Origin: Trueperaceae bacterium
GTDB taxonomy: Bacteria > Deinococcota > Deinococci > Deinococcales > Trueperaceae
Direction: 5' to 3'
DNA: 64,000 nt
Assembly: GCA_965213705.1 (NCBI GenBank)
Contig: OZ243913.1
Span: 3,840,001-3,904,000 of the forward strand
Notes under the pieces: model-generated
The model's database searches: none
Seen by the model: the letters and a program-made list of their open reading frames with translations, nothing else
What the model was told of the DNA's origin: nothing
Part shown: positions 20,804-30,959 of the stretch, in pieces
Position numbering within the stretch: position 1 is the stretch's first letter
How the letters are laid out: every line of letters starts with the position of its first letter
Made by a program: the position numbers and the translations under genes

Positions 20804-20935
20804 GCCGGGAACTATATCAGAAGGGCCAAGTAAAAAGTGCCGAGAAAAAGACTCTCCACTTGGTCCTCCGAACTTGGTCCTTTTCTGTGGCTCCCGGTAA
20901 CCGCGTCCCGGCACTGGTGGGATAGAGTAAAGGCT

Positions 20936-21922
20936 ATGGCGGTCAAACTCGGCAAGGGGGCAAAGCGCTCGGGGACAAGCGTGGTCCACGCGGCGGCGAG
21001 CGAGGCCGGACCCGTGCGCCAGGTCAACCAAGACAGCTTTTTTGTGGGCGAACTGGGCGGCGGTTACCTGGCGGTCGTGGCCGACGGCATGGGCGGGCAC
21101 AGCACGGGCGAGGTCGCCAGCCAAAAGGCCGTCGAAATCATCCGCCGCGAACTTGCGCAAAGCCGCAGCTATCCGCCCGCCGCGCTCGCGCGGGCGGTGC
21201 AGAGCGCCAACCTAGAGATTTTCGACTACGCCGCCGACCACCCCGAGCACCACGGCATGGGCACCACGCTGACCGCGGTGTTTATCGACGACCAGGTGGG
21301 CTTGGTGGGTCACGTCGGGGACTCTCGACTTTACCTGGTGCGTGACGAGTCCATCCAGCAACTTACCTTCGACCACAGTTGGGTCGCCGAACGGGTCCGC
21401 CAGGGTACCCTGACAACGGAAGAAGCCAAGCATCACCGCCTGCGCAACATCATCACCAACGCGCTCGGCGCGCTGCCCGAGGTCAAACTCGACCTGTCCC
21501 ACTTCGAGGTCAAAAAGGGGGACCGCTTGCTGCTTTGCAGCGACGGCGTCAACACGCTGCTCAGCGACGACAAGCTGTTGGAAACCGTCCAAAGTCGCCC
21601 GCCCGGAGAAGCTGCGCGGTGCCTTGTCGACGCCGCCAACGCCCTCGGCAGCCCGGACAACGTCACGGCGGTCGTTTTGGAAGTCACCGGGGTCGAGACG
21701 CGCCAAAAGAAGTACGCCCTGCCGCCCGAAGTCCGGGACGAGGCGCGCTCGGTAACCATCGGCGGCACCATGAGCGGCATTCGCAAGGTCGAAGAAACGT
21801 TTCCCAAACGTGACGCCTGGTCCAACCTCAAACGCAAAACCTGGTTTCCCTACCGCTTTTGGATCCTGGGTTCGCTCTACATGATTTTGCTCATCGTCGC
21901 CTTCAGTTTGTGGCGGCCGTAG
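20936..21922 (+). CDS. PP2C-type Ser/Thr phosphatase (Stp1-like) with C-terminal TM
   Basis: NQD, VADGMGG, HVGDSR, LCSDG, DNVT. Confidence 0.93.
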   Translation: MAVKLGKGAKRSGTSVVHAAASEAGPVRQVNQDSFFVGELGGGYLAVVADGMGGHSTGEVASQKAVEIIRRELAQSRSYPPAALARAVQSANLEIFDYAADHPEHHGMGTTLTAVFIDDQVGLVGHVGDSRLYLVRDESIQQLTFDHSWVAERVRQGTLTTEEAKHHRLRNIITNALGALPEVKLDLSHFEVKKGDRLLLCSDGVNTLLSDDKLLETVQSRPPGEAARCLVDAANALGSPDNVTAVVLEVTGVETRQKKYALPPEVRDEARSVTIGGTMSGIRKVEETFPKRDAWSNLKRKTWFPYRFWILGSLYMILLIVAFSLWRP

Positions 21923-21987
21923 CTTTGCTTGCCTTTGAATCCCGCTGACGCGCTGTTTTTGGCGCGTTGAACCGGAGACGAGGTTTT

Positions 21988-22015
21988 GTCTCCACTTTTC
22001 ACCCGGTACTTTCCA
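21988..22015 (-). repeat. Heptamer tandem repeat
   Basis: Minus strand TGGAAAG TACCGGG TGAAAAG TGGAGAC. Confidence 0.6.
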
Positions 22016-22052
22016 GCCTTTACCGCTGTTACACTGAGGCCGGAGGCCAGTC

Positions 22053-22433
22053 ATGAAGACGATTGTTCACACCGACCGCGCGCCCGCCGCCATCGGCCCT
22101 TATTCGCAGGCCGTGCGCGCCGGAAGCTTTCTTTTCACCTCCGGGCAAATTCCCCTGAAACCCGACGGCAGTTTGGAAACGGGCGACGTAGCCGCGCAGA
22201 CCGAACAGGTACTCACCAACCTCAAAGCTGTTTTGGAGGCGGGCGGGGCGGGCCTCGAGCACGTCGTCAAGTGCACCTGCTTTTTGAGCGACATGAACCA
22301 CTTCAGCGCCATGAACGAGGTTTACGCCCGCTTTTTCGCCGACGAGCCGCCCGCCCGGAGCGCCGTCGAAGTGGCGCGGTTGCCGAGAGACGTGCTGGTC
22401 GAAATCGAAGCGGTCGCCCTGGTTTCCGAATAA
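22053..22433 (+). CDS. ridA: RidA family reactive intermediate deaminase
   Basis: APAAIGPYSQA, SGQIP, PARS, VEIEA. Confidence 0.95.
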   Translation: MKTIVHTDRAPAAIGPYSQAVRAGSFLFTSGQIPLKPDGSLETGDVAAQTEQVLTNLKAVLEAGGAGLEHVVKCTCFLSDMNHFSAMNEVYARFFADEPPARSAVEVARLPRDVLVEIEAVALVSE

Positions 22434-22559
22434 ACCACAGCCCCGAATAACTTACAGCGCGCAGGTCCCGCACAAGTGAGAAAGGTACCGCGCCGGGGTC
22501 GGCAGCTTTTTGTAGGCTCGAGCGGCGTTACCCGGCAAACCTCGAGCTAAGCTGAGAAC

Positions 22560-22633
22560 GTCACCAGGGGTGCCCGCCAAGGGCTGAGAACAAACCCTCG
22601 AACCTGAACCCGGTCACGCGGGCGTAGGAAGCG
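22560..22633 (+). promoter_or_regulatory. TPP riboswitch
   Basis: GGGGTGC...GCTGAGA...ACCC.CGAACCTGA...GCGTAGGAA upstream of a thiamine-binding protein; downstream CTGGTGAC near the RBS is complementary to 5' GTCACCAG. Confidence 0.9.
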
Positions 22634-22686
22634 TCGACAAAAAGCGCACAGGTCCAGTCCTTTCTGGTGACGGAAGGGATATTTTA

Positions 22687-23796
22687 ATGAACAGCAAAAA
22701 GAAAAATTTGCCGAGAAAAAAGACAGGGGCGGCTTTTCGTCTTCTCCTTTCTCCTTTCTCTCTCCTCTTAGCCGCCTTTTTCAGTGCTGCTTTGGGTCAA
22801 CTGACCGTCTTGACGCACGACTCGTTCGCGCTTTCCGAAGCGGTGGTGCAGCGGTTCACCGACGAGACGGGTATCGAGGTGGAATTTTTGCCCGCCGGGG
22901 ACGCGGGCGAGACCGTGAACCGGGCCATCCTCACCAAAGCGAGACCGCTGGGCGACGTACTTTACGGCGTCGACAACAGTTTGTTGGCTCGAGCCGTGGC
23001 CGAGGGCATCTTCGAGCCCTACCGGAGCCCGGCGCTTGCGAGCGTCGACCCGCGCTACCGCTTCGACCCGCAAGGCTACGTGACGCCGGTCGACGTCGGC
23101 TTTGTCAACTTCAACCTGGACAAGGCGTATTTTGAAGAGTCGGGTGTGGCGCTGCCGACCTCTTTGGAAGACCTGACCGACCCCGCTTATAAAAGTTTGA
23201 CCGTCGTTACGAACCCCACGACGAGCAGCCCCGGTTTGGCCTTTATGCTCACCACCGTTCGGCACTTCGGGACGACGGGAGACTATACCTGGCTCGAGTA
23301 TTGGGCGGACCTCCGTGACAACGGGGTGCAGGTCTCGAGCGGTTGGGGAAACGCCTACTATACTGTTTTCAGCCGCTACGGCGGCGAAACCCCCATCGTC
23401 CTGAGCTACGCCAGCAGCCCGGCGGCGGAGGTGATGTTCGCGGACACGCCGCTCAGCGACGCGCCGACCGCCAACCTCTTTTGCGAACGGTGCGTTTACC
23501 AACAAATCGAGGCGGTAGGGATTTTGAAGGGGACGAAAAACCGCGCGGCCGCCGAAAAGTTCGTCGACTTTATGCTGAGCGAGGCAGTGCAAGCCGACAT
23601 TCCGGCTAACATGTTCGTCTACCCGGTCGTCGCGAACACGCCCCTACCCGCCGAGTTCGTCAGTTACGGCCAGGTGCCGAGCCCGGCGGAGATAGCCGAG
23701 CTGCCTTCGGAAGAAATTGAGGCCAACCTACGAACCTGGCTCGAGCAGTGGACGGCCGTGGTTGAACAGGGCCGCGCGCCGGGGAGCGTGCGCTAG
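22687..23796 (+). CDS. thiB: Thiamine ABC transporter substrate-binding protein
   Basis: THDSF, GDAG, SSPGLAF, LSYASSP, QIEAVG, NMFVYPV; TPP riboswitch upstream. Confidence 0.9.
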   Translation: MNSKKKNLPRKKTGAAFRLLLSPFSLLLAAFFSAALGQLTVLTHDSFALSEAVVQRFTDETGIEVEFLPAGDAGETVNRAILTKARPLGDVLYGVDNSLLARAVAEGIFEPYRSPALASVDPRYRFDPQGYVTPVDVGFVNFNLDKAYFEESGVALPTSLEDLTDPAYKSLTVVTNPTTSSPGLAFMLTTVRHFGTTGDYTWLEYWADLRDNGVQVSSGWGNAYYTVFSRYGGETPIVLSYASSPAAEVMFADTPLSDAPTANLFCERCVYQQIEAVGILKGTKNRAAAEKFVDFMLSEAVQADIPANMFVYPVVANTPLPAEFVSYGQVPSPAEIAELPSEEIEANLRTWLEQWTAVVEQGRAPGSVR

Positions 23797-23864
23797 CGCG
23801 GGCTTGTAGTCAGTGGCTCGTAAGTTGGGGAGCAAAGCCTACTGGCTAGGAGCTACCGACCCGT

Positions 23865-26800
23865 TCAGGCGTAGTCCGGGCGCGACTCGAGCAGGTACTT
23901 GAACGAGGTGACCAAGTAACCGCTCGTCGCCTGCGGCGGCAACTCGTAAAAAGCGGCCCAGGCCTCGGCCTTGTCCGCGTCGTAGTGGGGTTCGCGTTCG
24001 GGGTGGTGGTTGAGGTAAGCGAGCCGCACCGCGTGGCCGATGATGACGTCCAGCACGAGGTAGTCGTCTATCTTGAAGGCGGCGTTTTGGGCCAACACGC
24101 GGGCCAAAATGGTGAGGGTTTCGATGTTGAGTTGCCGGTACTCGGGCGAGGGAATCTTGTTGAGCAAGTGGTCTACTTGCAGCGCGAACTTTTTCTCGCC
24201 CGGCGTCATTTCGGCCAGCAACGTGTGGCTGGCAAGTCGGTTGCGGCGCTCCAACTTGTCACCGATAATCAGCCCGCGGCAGTGCGTCATAAGTTGCCAC
24301 ACCCCCTCGTAAAAACCGCCCGGTATCCGGCTCAGGATGCCTTCGCGCCGCCGCCAGCGCCACCAACCGCCCTCGGGCTCGGCCGGGGGAACGGCGTCCA
24401 GGGTGTAGACGAGTTCGTCGCCCGAGCGCTCCACCTGGATGAGTTCTTGGTGTTTCAAAACTTGTTCTTTGTCGCCGTACTTCAACAGCACCTCGCGCAA
24501 CCGCTCTTGCACCTCGGCGGGGGGCAGCTGCATAAGGCATTCGTAACCCTCGTCCTGGGTGACGCCCAGCTCGAGCGCCAGGTCGCTCACCAGCAACAAC
24601 ACGAGGTAACCCACCCGCACCGACGACAAGCCGCGGAACAGCTCGGGCTCGGCGCGAATCAGTAGGCCCAAGTAGATGATGAGTTCCTGGGTGAGCACCC
24701 GGTCGCGGATGTCCTCGCGGCAAAACTCGGCGATTTTTTCCAGCAGCGCCGCCTGCGGCAAGGGTTTGGTGATGAGCGAACGCTCGCTATACGCCTTGCC
24801 GATGAGCAGCGACTTTTGGCGCACCAGAATGTCGGTGACGCTGTCGCTCAGCGCCACGTCGACCTTGTTGAGCAGCCCCGCCGCCCGCCGCACCACCGCC
24901 CACAAGCGCAACTCACCGGTGACCTCGTAGACCTCTTCTAAGAGCACGCGCACCGTGTCGCGCCCGGACACTGAGGTAGGGGGGTCGTCGGCTGCGTCGG
25001 CTGCGTCAGGGTTCGCGCCGGACGCGCCGAGTTCCAGGTCGAGGTCGAAGTCCAGCCCGAAGTGTTTCGCGCACAGGGTCAACACTTCGACGTGTTCGAA
25101 CAGGTTTTGGGACACAGCCAAGCGGTGGCGAAAAAGCCCCAGACCGCCGCCCAGCTCGAGCGCCAGCTCCTCGTCGGGCGTGAGCAGCCGGGTCGCTTCG
25201 AGAGCGAACCTCAACCGGCGCTGAGCGGGTTGAGCAGCGGCCGCCGCGGCGTCACTGAAGGCGAAGTCGTGGAGGTTGTCGATGCGCTCAACGTTGGCGG
25301 TTTGCAGCAGCAAGTTCAGCGGCGCAAGCTTGACCGGCACGCCCGCGCAAGTGCCGCCGCGCAGCTCGCTCATCAGTTCGTAGAGCGCGCCTTCGCCGTT
25401 CTCCAGCAGGGTACGGCTCAACACGAGCGTCATGGTCGGGCGGCCCACGTAAGACCAGGTGCGGTGCAAGTAAGCGAGTTCGGCCTTGAAGCGGGTGACT
25501 AAAAAAGCCGGGTCGAGCGACAGGTAGAACTCGCGCTGGTCGAAAAACGCCGGGGGGCAGACCGCCCACTCGCCCGCCAAACGGAACACCCGCGAACTCG
25601 ACAGGGTCAGCAGTCTGCGCACCGGCCGCCCGGTCAGCCCGAGCTTGTCGTTGCGCCCGATTTGGTAGTACGCCTCGGCGAGTTCGGTGGCGCTGTAGAG
25701 TTCGACCGGCTGGATTTGTTCAGGCGTTTGGGCGCGCACCCCTTGCGCGGCAAGCTCCTCTTGCACCGCAACGTCTTCGGCCAGGAGCGCGATTTGCACG
25801 ACCGGCCGCGCAGTTTTGTCGAGCCGGTTGTGACGGCCCAGCGGGTCGACGTCGTAGACGCTGATAAGCTTGTCGTTCAGCAGCTCGCCCAACCAGTACA
25901 AGCTCTGCGCCCACACCAAGGGCACGTTGGCGTTGGGCAGCCGCGCTTGCGAACCCGGCGCGGCGCGCTCGGCGGAAATCGCCTCGGCGGGAACGTAGTA
26001 GAGTTCGGGCAGCAGCGCGTAGCCGTCCCGCTTCACGGCGACTTCTTCGAGCTTGGCCCGGTACTCCTGAACTTGCTCGGGCCGGTCGAAGAAAATGCCG
26101 TCCAGCACGAGGTAGCTGAAAAACAGCGGCCACTCGCTCTCGACGTGTTCGAACTTTTGCAGTTCTTGGGGTTCGTAGTGGAGGCGTTCGGTCGTTTCCA
26201 GGGCGGTTTGGTGGCCGTCGCGCAGGAAGCGCTTCAGGCCGTAACGCCCGCCGAGTTTGGACAGGATCGCGGCTCGAGTGCGCTCGATAAGCGCTTTGTC
26301 CTCGACCGCAAAGGCCGGAAAGCTGATAGCCGACAGCAGCGCCGCGTCGGTTTCTTTCGAACTCGACTCGCGCGGCAAAAACGCTTCCAGGGTCACGCGC
26401 GCCCGCGCCACCTCGTCGGGCAGCACGTGGATGACCGAGGCTTGCGAGCCGCGCACCCCGAACAAGTCGAAACCCGACAGCGCTTCCAAAGCCGCCTTGG
26501 CGAGCGCGACTGAGCTGGCGTTGAGTTCGGGCTGGCCGTGGTTGGTCTTGTCGCCGCGCTCCCAAATGCCGTAGTCGGGCGTGCGGTAGGCGCGGCCGAT
26601 ATAAAAAACGAGGTTCTGGACGAAGTTCACCTCGTCGAGCGCGTAGATGATGGTGAGGCCCGACGCCGTCATCTGCGCGAGCATCAGCAAATAAAGCGAG
26701 GTTGCGTCGAGCTGCAAGTGGCCCCAGGCGTGGTCGGCGATGACCGTGTCGCCGGTAGCGGTGTCGTACTTGGCGTGAAGCGAGGCAAGCGGGTCCTGGG

Positions 26801-27122
26801 TCATCTTGAACGCCTCGACCTTATGTGCTTGGCGCATCATGGCGAACAACAGCCCGCGCATGAGTTTGACGACGGCCTGCTCTAGTTCAAACCCCCGCCC
26901 GCCGTCGTCGTCGAGCTTGCGGTAGGCGAGCGCCAATCCCCAAACGGCCAAAATGCTGTACACGTTGTCGCGCACCCAGGCGTCGCGGTAGTCGCCGTGG
27001 GCGTTCACGGCCGTACTCGCGGGCAACAACCCCGTCACCGGGTGCTGGCGCGCCAGGATGACGTCGCTGACTTGCCGGTAGTAGGCGTCCAGTTTCGTGG
27101 TCAGTTGAGGGGTATCGTTCAC
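23865..27122 (-). CDS. GH15-like / phosphorylase kinase alpha-beta family protein
   Basis: DAWVRDNVY, WGHLQLDA, PDYGIWERGDK, RFLRDGHQT, ESEWPLF, PLVWAQSL. Confidence 0.88.
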   Translation of the reverse strand: MNDTPQLTTKLDAYYRQVSDVILARQHPVTGLLPASTAVNAHGDYRDAWVRDNVYSILAVWGLALAYRKLDDDGGRGFELEQAVVKLMRGLLFAMMRQAHKVEAFKMTQDPLASLHAKYDTATGDTVIADHAWGHLQLDATSLYLLMLAQMTASGLTIIYALDEVNFVQNLVFYIGRAYRTPDYGIWERGDKTNHGQPELNASSVALAKAALEALSGFDLFGVRGSQASVIHVLPDEVARARVTLEAFLPRESSSKETDAALLSAISFPAFAVEDKALIERTRAAILSKLGGRYGLKRFLRDGHQTALETTERLHYEPQELQKFEHVESEWPLFFSYLVLDGIFFDRPEQVQEYRAKLEEVAVKRDGYALLPELYYVPAEAISAERAAPGSQARLPNANVPLVWAQSLYWLGELLNDKLISVYDVDPLGRHNRLDKTARPVVQIALLAEDVAVQEELAAQGVRAQTPEQIQPVELYSATELAEAYYQIGRNDKLGLTGRPVRRLLTLSSSRVFRLAGEWAVCPPAFFDQREFYLSLDPAFLVTRFKAELAYLHRTWSYVGRPTMTLVLSRTLLENGEGALYELMSELRGGTCAGVPVKLAPLNLLLQTANVERIDNLHDFAFSDAAAAAAQPAQRRLRFALEATRLLTPDEELALELGGGLGLFRHRLAVSQNLFEHVEVLTLCAKHFGLDFDLDLELGASGANPDAADAADDPPTSVSGRDTVRVLLEEVYEVTGELRLWAVVRRAAGLLNKVDVALSDSVTDILVRQKSLLIGKAYSERSLITKPLPQAALLEKIAEFCREDIRDRVLTQELIIYLGLLIRAEPELFRGLSSVRVGYLVLLLVSDLALELGVTQDEGYECLMQLPPAEVQERLREVLLKYGDKEQVLKHQELIQVERSGDELVYTLDAVPPAEPEGGWWRWRRREGILSRIPGGFYEGVWQLMTHCRGLIIGDKLERRNRLASHTLLAEMTPGEKKFALQVDHLLNKIPSPEYRQLNIETLTILARVLAQNAAFKIDDYLVLDVIIGHAVRLAYLNHHPEREPHYDADKAEAWAAFYELPPQATSGYLVTSFKYLLESRPDYA

Positions 27123-27215
27123 AAGCTCCTCTGTCCAGTGTGACTTACTTTTGCGAACAACGGCGTGGCATCGGTTACCTGTCGACCGACTCTTGAGCGA
27201 CGCTTCGAAAACATG

Positions 27216-27240
27216 AAAAACCCCGCGGTGCGGCGGGGTC
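27216..27240 (-). terminator. Intrinsic terminator
   Basis: Minus strand CCCCGC...GCGGGG followed by TTTTT. Confidence 0.7.
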
Positions 27241-27277
27241 GTTGCGCTATTTCCACAGCGTCAAACTCACTTTGGTT

Positions 27278-27388
27278 TTATTTGGCTGTTGTTCTCTCCG
27301 ACCAGCGGCGGAGCGTGTCACACTCGGCCTTGAGCGCCTTGGAGGCTCTGCGGTCGCGGGAGAAAAGATTTCTGATCCACGTCATCAT
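27278..27388 (-). CDS. 36-aa small protein MMTWIRNLFSRDRRASKALKAECDTLRRWSERTTAK
   Basis: AGGAGG RBS 8 nt upstream, -10-like TATAAC, own terminator; not in ORF track. Confidence 0.6.
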   Translation of the reverse strand: MMTWIRNLFSRDRRASKALKAECDTLRRWSERTTAK

Positions 27389-27415
27389 AACTGTGACCTC
27401 CTCACAGCAGCCCTA

Positions 27416-27457
27416 GTTATACCGCTTCGAGCGCAAAAATGTGTGACCCATGTGACG
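27416..27457 (-). promoter_or_regulatory. Putative promoter with CRP/FNR-family-like site
   Basis: CGTCA-N6-TCACA ending 20 bp upstream of TATAAC. Confidence 0.45.
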
Positions 27458-27795
27458 TTCTCGAGCTCGAAAATGTGCCTAAAAAGGACTCGGGAGACGA
27501 GAGCGAGCCGGCCGGGAAGGGGTTTCGGTCAGCGACGAAGCCCCCATCTTTTCCTGCCCATCTTTTCAGTAAAATACCGTCCGCGTCCGGTCCCGCATCA
27601 AGACCTCGAGCCGCCGCGCGCTGACCGTTTCGCCCTGCCGCCTCAAAGCTCGATGATTTGGACGGGTCGGCTCGAGCGCTAAGTTCAGGCGAGGTGTTGC
27701 CGCCCGGCTCGCCTTGGGCGGCCGAACTGCCGGCAGAGTGGTTGTCGACGAAGCGCGTGCGGACAGCTGCGTGAGCACAGCTTACGCGGCGCGGG

Positions 27796-28404
27796 TCAGC
27801 TCGGCAAGACGACGACCCGGCGGTCACGTCCCTCACCGGAAGACTCGCTTTTAACCGAAGGGTCGTCGGCAATCTCCATGTGGACGATGCGGCGCTCGGC
27901 GGCGCTCATGGGTCTTAGGGGCTGCGGTTTGCCGGTCGCACGCACCTCCTCGGCAGCTTTGCGAGCGAGGTCGCGCAGACGGTCGTCTTGGCGGCGTTTG
28001 TAACCGCCCACGTCGATGGTTACGCGCACACCGTCGCCCTCGTGGCGGTTCAGTACGGCGTTGGTCACGTACTCTAAGGCCTGCAAGGTGCGCCCGTTCC
28101 GCCCGATGATCTTGCCCGGGTCGCCGCCGAAAACGTCGGCGTAAATTTCCGCCTCGGCGGCGGAATCGTCACCGGCGGTAACTTCAACCGCGTAGGCGGG
28201 GTCGAAGTTCAGCAGCAGGTTGACCAAAAACGACTCGGCCCGCTCGGTGGGCGTGCCGTCGTCCGGTAAACCGGCGAGCGGCGCTGAAGTTTGCGGGAGA
28301 GTCGCCGGCTCGGCGGCGACGGGCGGCACTAAGGCCGCCTCGTCTTCGCCCATGTTGATGCCCAAGTCCTCTAAGTATTTGTCTAGGTCGTCAGCCATCG
28401 TCAT
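27796..28404 (-). CDS. jag: Jag/KhpB RNA-binding protein (KH + R3H)
   Basis: IIGRNGRTLQAL, ERRIVH, SSGEGRDRRVV; after yidC. Confidence 0.92.
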   Translation of the reverse strand: MTMADDLDKYLEDLGINMGEDEAALVPPVAAEPATLPQTSAPLAGLPDDGTPTERAESFLVNLLLNFDPAYAVEVTAGDDSAAEAEIYADVFGGDPGKIIGRNGRTLQALEYVTNAVLNRHEGDGVRVTIDVGGYKRRQDDRLRDLARKAAEEVRATGKPQPLRPMSAAERRIVHMEIADDPSVKSESSGEGRDRRVVVLPS

Positions 28405-28455
28405 CCTCGTCTGTTAGTCCCGTTTGGTGCTCGCTGTCAGGTCGTTGGTGAGGCC

Positions 28456-30012
28456 TCAAGCCGCTTTCGCGGGCACGGCCGGTTTGTCGCGCTGGATAAG
28501 GTAGTACTGAAACACCTGTACGAGCATCGACACCACATAGTACAAAATAACACCCGCCGGAAAGCTGAGAAACAAAAACACGAACACGACGTTCATGACG
28601 AGTTGCTGCTTGAACTGCTGCGGGTTGCCCCGCGACATAAAGTAGGACTGCGCGACCATCACCCCGACGTAGAGCAGCGGCAAGATGTAGTAGGGGTCGG
28701 CCTGGCCCAGGTCGGGCAGCCACAAAAAGCCGGCGTTGAACTCGAAGTTGGCGAAAATGCGCCACAGGATGATAAAGAGCGGCATCTGAACAAGGATGGG
28801 CAGACAACCCATCGCCGGGTTCACGCCCTCCTCTTTGTAGATTTTCATGGTTTCTTGGGTGAGCTTTTCGCGGTCGTCTTTATACTTTTTCTGCAGCGCC
28901 TGAATTTTGGGCTGGATCGCCTGCATCCCGTACATCGACTTTGTTTGGGTGGTGATGAGCGGCCAGATGAGGGCGCGGAAGACGAGGGTCAGGACGATGA
29001 TGGCTAAACCCCAGTTGCCCACGACCGTGTAGATTTGCTGCAACACCCAAAGCACGCCGAGCGAGAGTTGGCCTAGGATGTTGGGTTTGAACAGGCCGGG
29101 TAAGTCCAAAAACCCCTCTTGCTCGTAACGCACGAGTTCGTTGGGGCCGCCGTACTCTTCCAGCACGAGCGTGGTCTCGGCACCTACCTCGGGCGCAAGC
29201 GGCTTCTGCATGGCGATGCCGCCGCCGGGCAAGGTTTGGGCGCTCAGTTCGGTGTCGGTCACGTCGCCGGGCACCAAGACGACGGCGTTGCCCGTGTTGC
29301 GGTTGTTGTTTTGCAAGGAAACGTACGACGGGTCGCCTACCGCTTGAGCTACGGGGTTGAGGGTGAACGAGTCGCCCTGACCCACCTTGGTGACTTGCGA
29401 GTCGCCCTGACCGATACCGGGCACCGCGTACTGGAGAAGCGTCGCGCCGTCCGCCTCGTCCAGGCGCGTCGCCTTGAGGGTAACGTTCGCGGTGTGGTCC
29501 GTGTTTCTGACGATGACCGTTTTATCGATTTGGACGCCGTTCAGCACGTAGCTGAACGTGCCTTCATAGTAGGGGCCGTCGTCGGTATTGACCTTGCGCC
29601 AGTCGCTCGTCGCGCCCTCCGGCCGGATATACTCGCCGTCCAGCAAAACCGCACCCGCCGGAAAAGGCGCGTCTGCCGGGACGAGGTTGCCGTTGCGTCC
29701 GCCGGTCAAGCTCGAGCGGTAGGTGCCCTCTTTGGTGACGAAGTTTTGGCCCTTTTGTTGCTTTGGGAAAAGCGCCACGATTTCGCCCGCCTCGTCGAAC
29801 ACGTAGTCCAGGCCCTTGTTCGTGATGAGGGTGAGGGGTTCGTCCAGGCGTTGACACCAGAACGACGCGGCCGCGGGCGCGTCGCAACTCGTTTGCAGAC
29901 TGTCAAAGCCCGCAAACTTGTCGGCGCTGAAGGGTACGGCTTCGAAGTCGACTCGAGCCCAAGCGACGCTCAAGAGCAACAAGACAGCGGTTGAAAAATA
30001 CTTGAGCCTCAA
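28456..30012 (-). CDS. yidC: Membrane protein insertase YidC
   Basis: [29 protein letters not shown]...DPYY; TTG start overlapping yidD stop with GAGGA RBS. Confidence 0.93.
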   Translation of the reverse strand: MRLKYFSTAVLLLLSVAWARVDFEAVPFSADKFAGFDSLQTSCDAPAAASFWCQRLDEPLTLITNKGLDYVFDEAGEIVALFPKQQKGQNFVTKEGTYRSSLTGGRNGNLVPADAPFPAGAVLLDGEYIRPEGATSDWRKVNTDDGPYYEGTFSYVLNGVQIDKTVIVRNTDHTANVTLKATRLDEADGATLLQYAVPGIGQGDSQVTKVGQGDSFTLNPVAQAVGDPSYVSLQNNNRNTGNAVVLVPGDVTDTELSAQTLPGGGIAMQKPLAPEVGAETTLVLEEYGGPNELVRYEQEGFLDLPGLFKPNILGQLSLGVLWVLQQIYTVVGNWGLAIIVLTLVFRALIWPLITTQTKSMYGMQAIQPKIQALQKKYKDDREKLTQETMKIYKEEGVNPAMGCLPILVQMPLFIILWRIFANFEFNAGFLWLPDLGQADPYYILPLLYVGVMVAQSYFMSRGNPQQFKQQLVMNVVFVFLFLSFPAGVILYYVVSMLVQVFQYYLIQRDKPAVPAKAA

Positions 30013-30257
30013 GATTCCTCCGGGTGTTGGGGGGGCACCGGGTCGAAACCGCCCGGGTGGAAAGGATGACACTTCAGCAGTCGCCGCGTCGTCAGGTAGC
30101 CGCCCTTGAAGACACCGTACGTGCTTATCGCCTCTACCGCGTAGGCGCTGCAAGTCGGGTGGAAGCGGCAACTCGGGCTCGCTTTGAGAGGGGACAAAAA
30201 GCGCCGGTAAAAGTGGATGGGCGCGAGCGCGGTACGCTGAAGCAAAGAAACTTTCAT
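30009..30257 (-). CDS. yidD: Membrane protein insertion efficiency factor YidD
   Basis: [11 protein letters not shown]...[17 protein letters not shown]. Confidence 0.95.
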   Translation of the reverse strand: MKVSLLQRTALAPIHFYRRFLSPLKASPSCRFHPTCSAYAVEAISTYGVFKGGYLTTRRLLKCHPFHPGGFDPVPPQHPEES

Positions 30258-30601
30258 ACCAGCAAACCGCTCTTACCCAGGGCGCGAGCCAAGGCGTCTT
30301 TGAGCTGCTGATAGCTCGCTTCGGCCGCCTCCGGGCGGGTGATAACGATAAGGTCGCAAGAAACTCGTCCCGCAAACGTGACGGGTGACTTTTTTTCGTT
30401 CAGCAGCGCTTTCAACGCCTCGCGCAAACGGCGGCGGACCCGGTTGCGGGTCACGGCGCTGCCGACCTTTTTGCTCACGACGATGCCGACGCGCACCTGC
30501 GCGTGGCGCGTCGGTAGGTAGCGAGTGCTGAGAAACTTGGCATGGCCGGAGCGTCCTTTGCGTAAGCGCTGAAAAGCGCGGTCGCCTTTGAGAGAAACCA
30601 G
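30254..30601 (-). CDS. rnpA: Ribonuclease P protein component (probable CTG start)
   Basis: [27 protein letters not shown] motif; conserved N-terminus [14 protein letters not shown] lies upstream of the ORF-track start. Confidence 0.9.
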   Translation of the reverse strand: MVSLKGDRAFQRLRKGRSGHAKFLSTRYLPTRHAQVRVGIVVSKKVGSAVTRNRVRRRLREALKALLNEKKSPVTFAGRVSCDLIVITRPEAAEASYQQLKDALARALGKSGLLV

Positions 30602-30605
30602 CGTT

Positions 30606-30749
30606 TTACTCGTCGGAGACGGTAAGTTGCTTGCGGCCCTTGGCGCGGCGACGCTTTAGGACGTTGCGGCCGGCCGAGGTCTTCATGCGGGCGCGAAAAC
30701 CGTGCGTCTTGGCACGCTTGCGCTTGTTGGGTTGGTAGGTGCGTTTCAT
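30606..30749 (-). CDS. rpmH: 50S ribosomal protein L34
   Basis: [55 protein letters not shown]. Confidence 0.98.
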   Translation of the reverse strand: MKRTYQPNKRKRAKTHGFRARMKTSAGRNVLKRRRAKGRKQLTVSDE

Positions 30750-30959
30750 TCCGAACTCCTTTTAGCTCTGCTTAGCTTTGTCTCGTTACCAAACCCGCTA
30801 TACCTTGCAAGGTCGAGCGGGGCCTGCGGGCTTACAGCGAAACAAACGGGTGCCGGTAAGCCGAAAAAGCATACCACATCCGCGCGAGCCTCGCCAAACT
30901 CGGAGCTACACGTCCAAAACCTGCGAGGCTCGGGGGTAAGCTCGAGCGCTCTTTAGCTT

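Noticed and set aside
20804..21160. Long N-terminal extension of gatA in the ORF track (likewise yidC to 30375 and the PKD gene to 49526)
   Set aside because: These extensions overlap real neighbouring genes; better starts lie downstream.
27417..27872. Overlapping ORFs downstream of jag
   Set aside because: No RBS, low-information composition and no supportable call.
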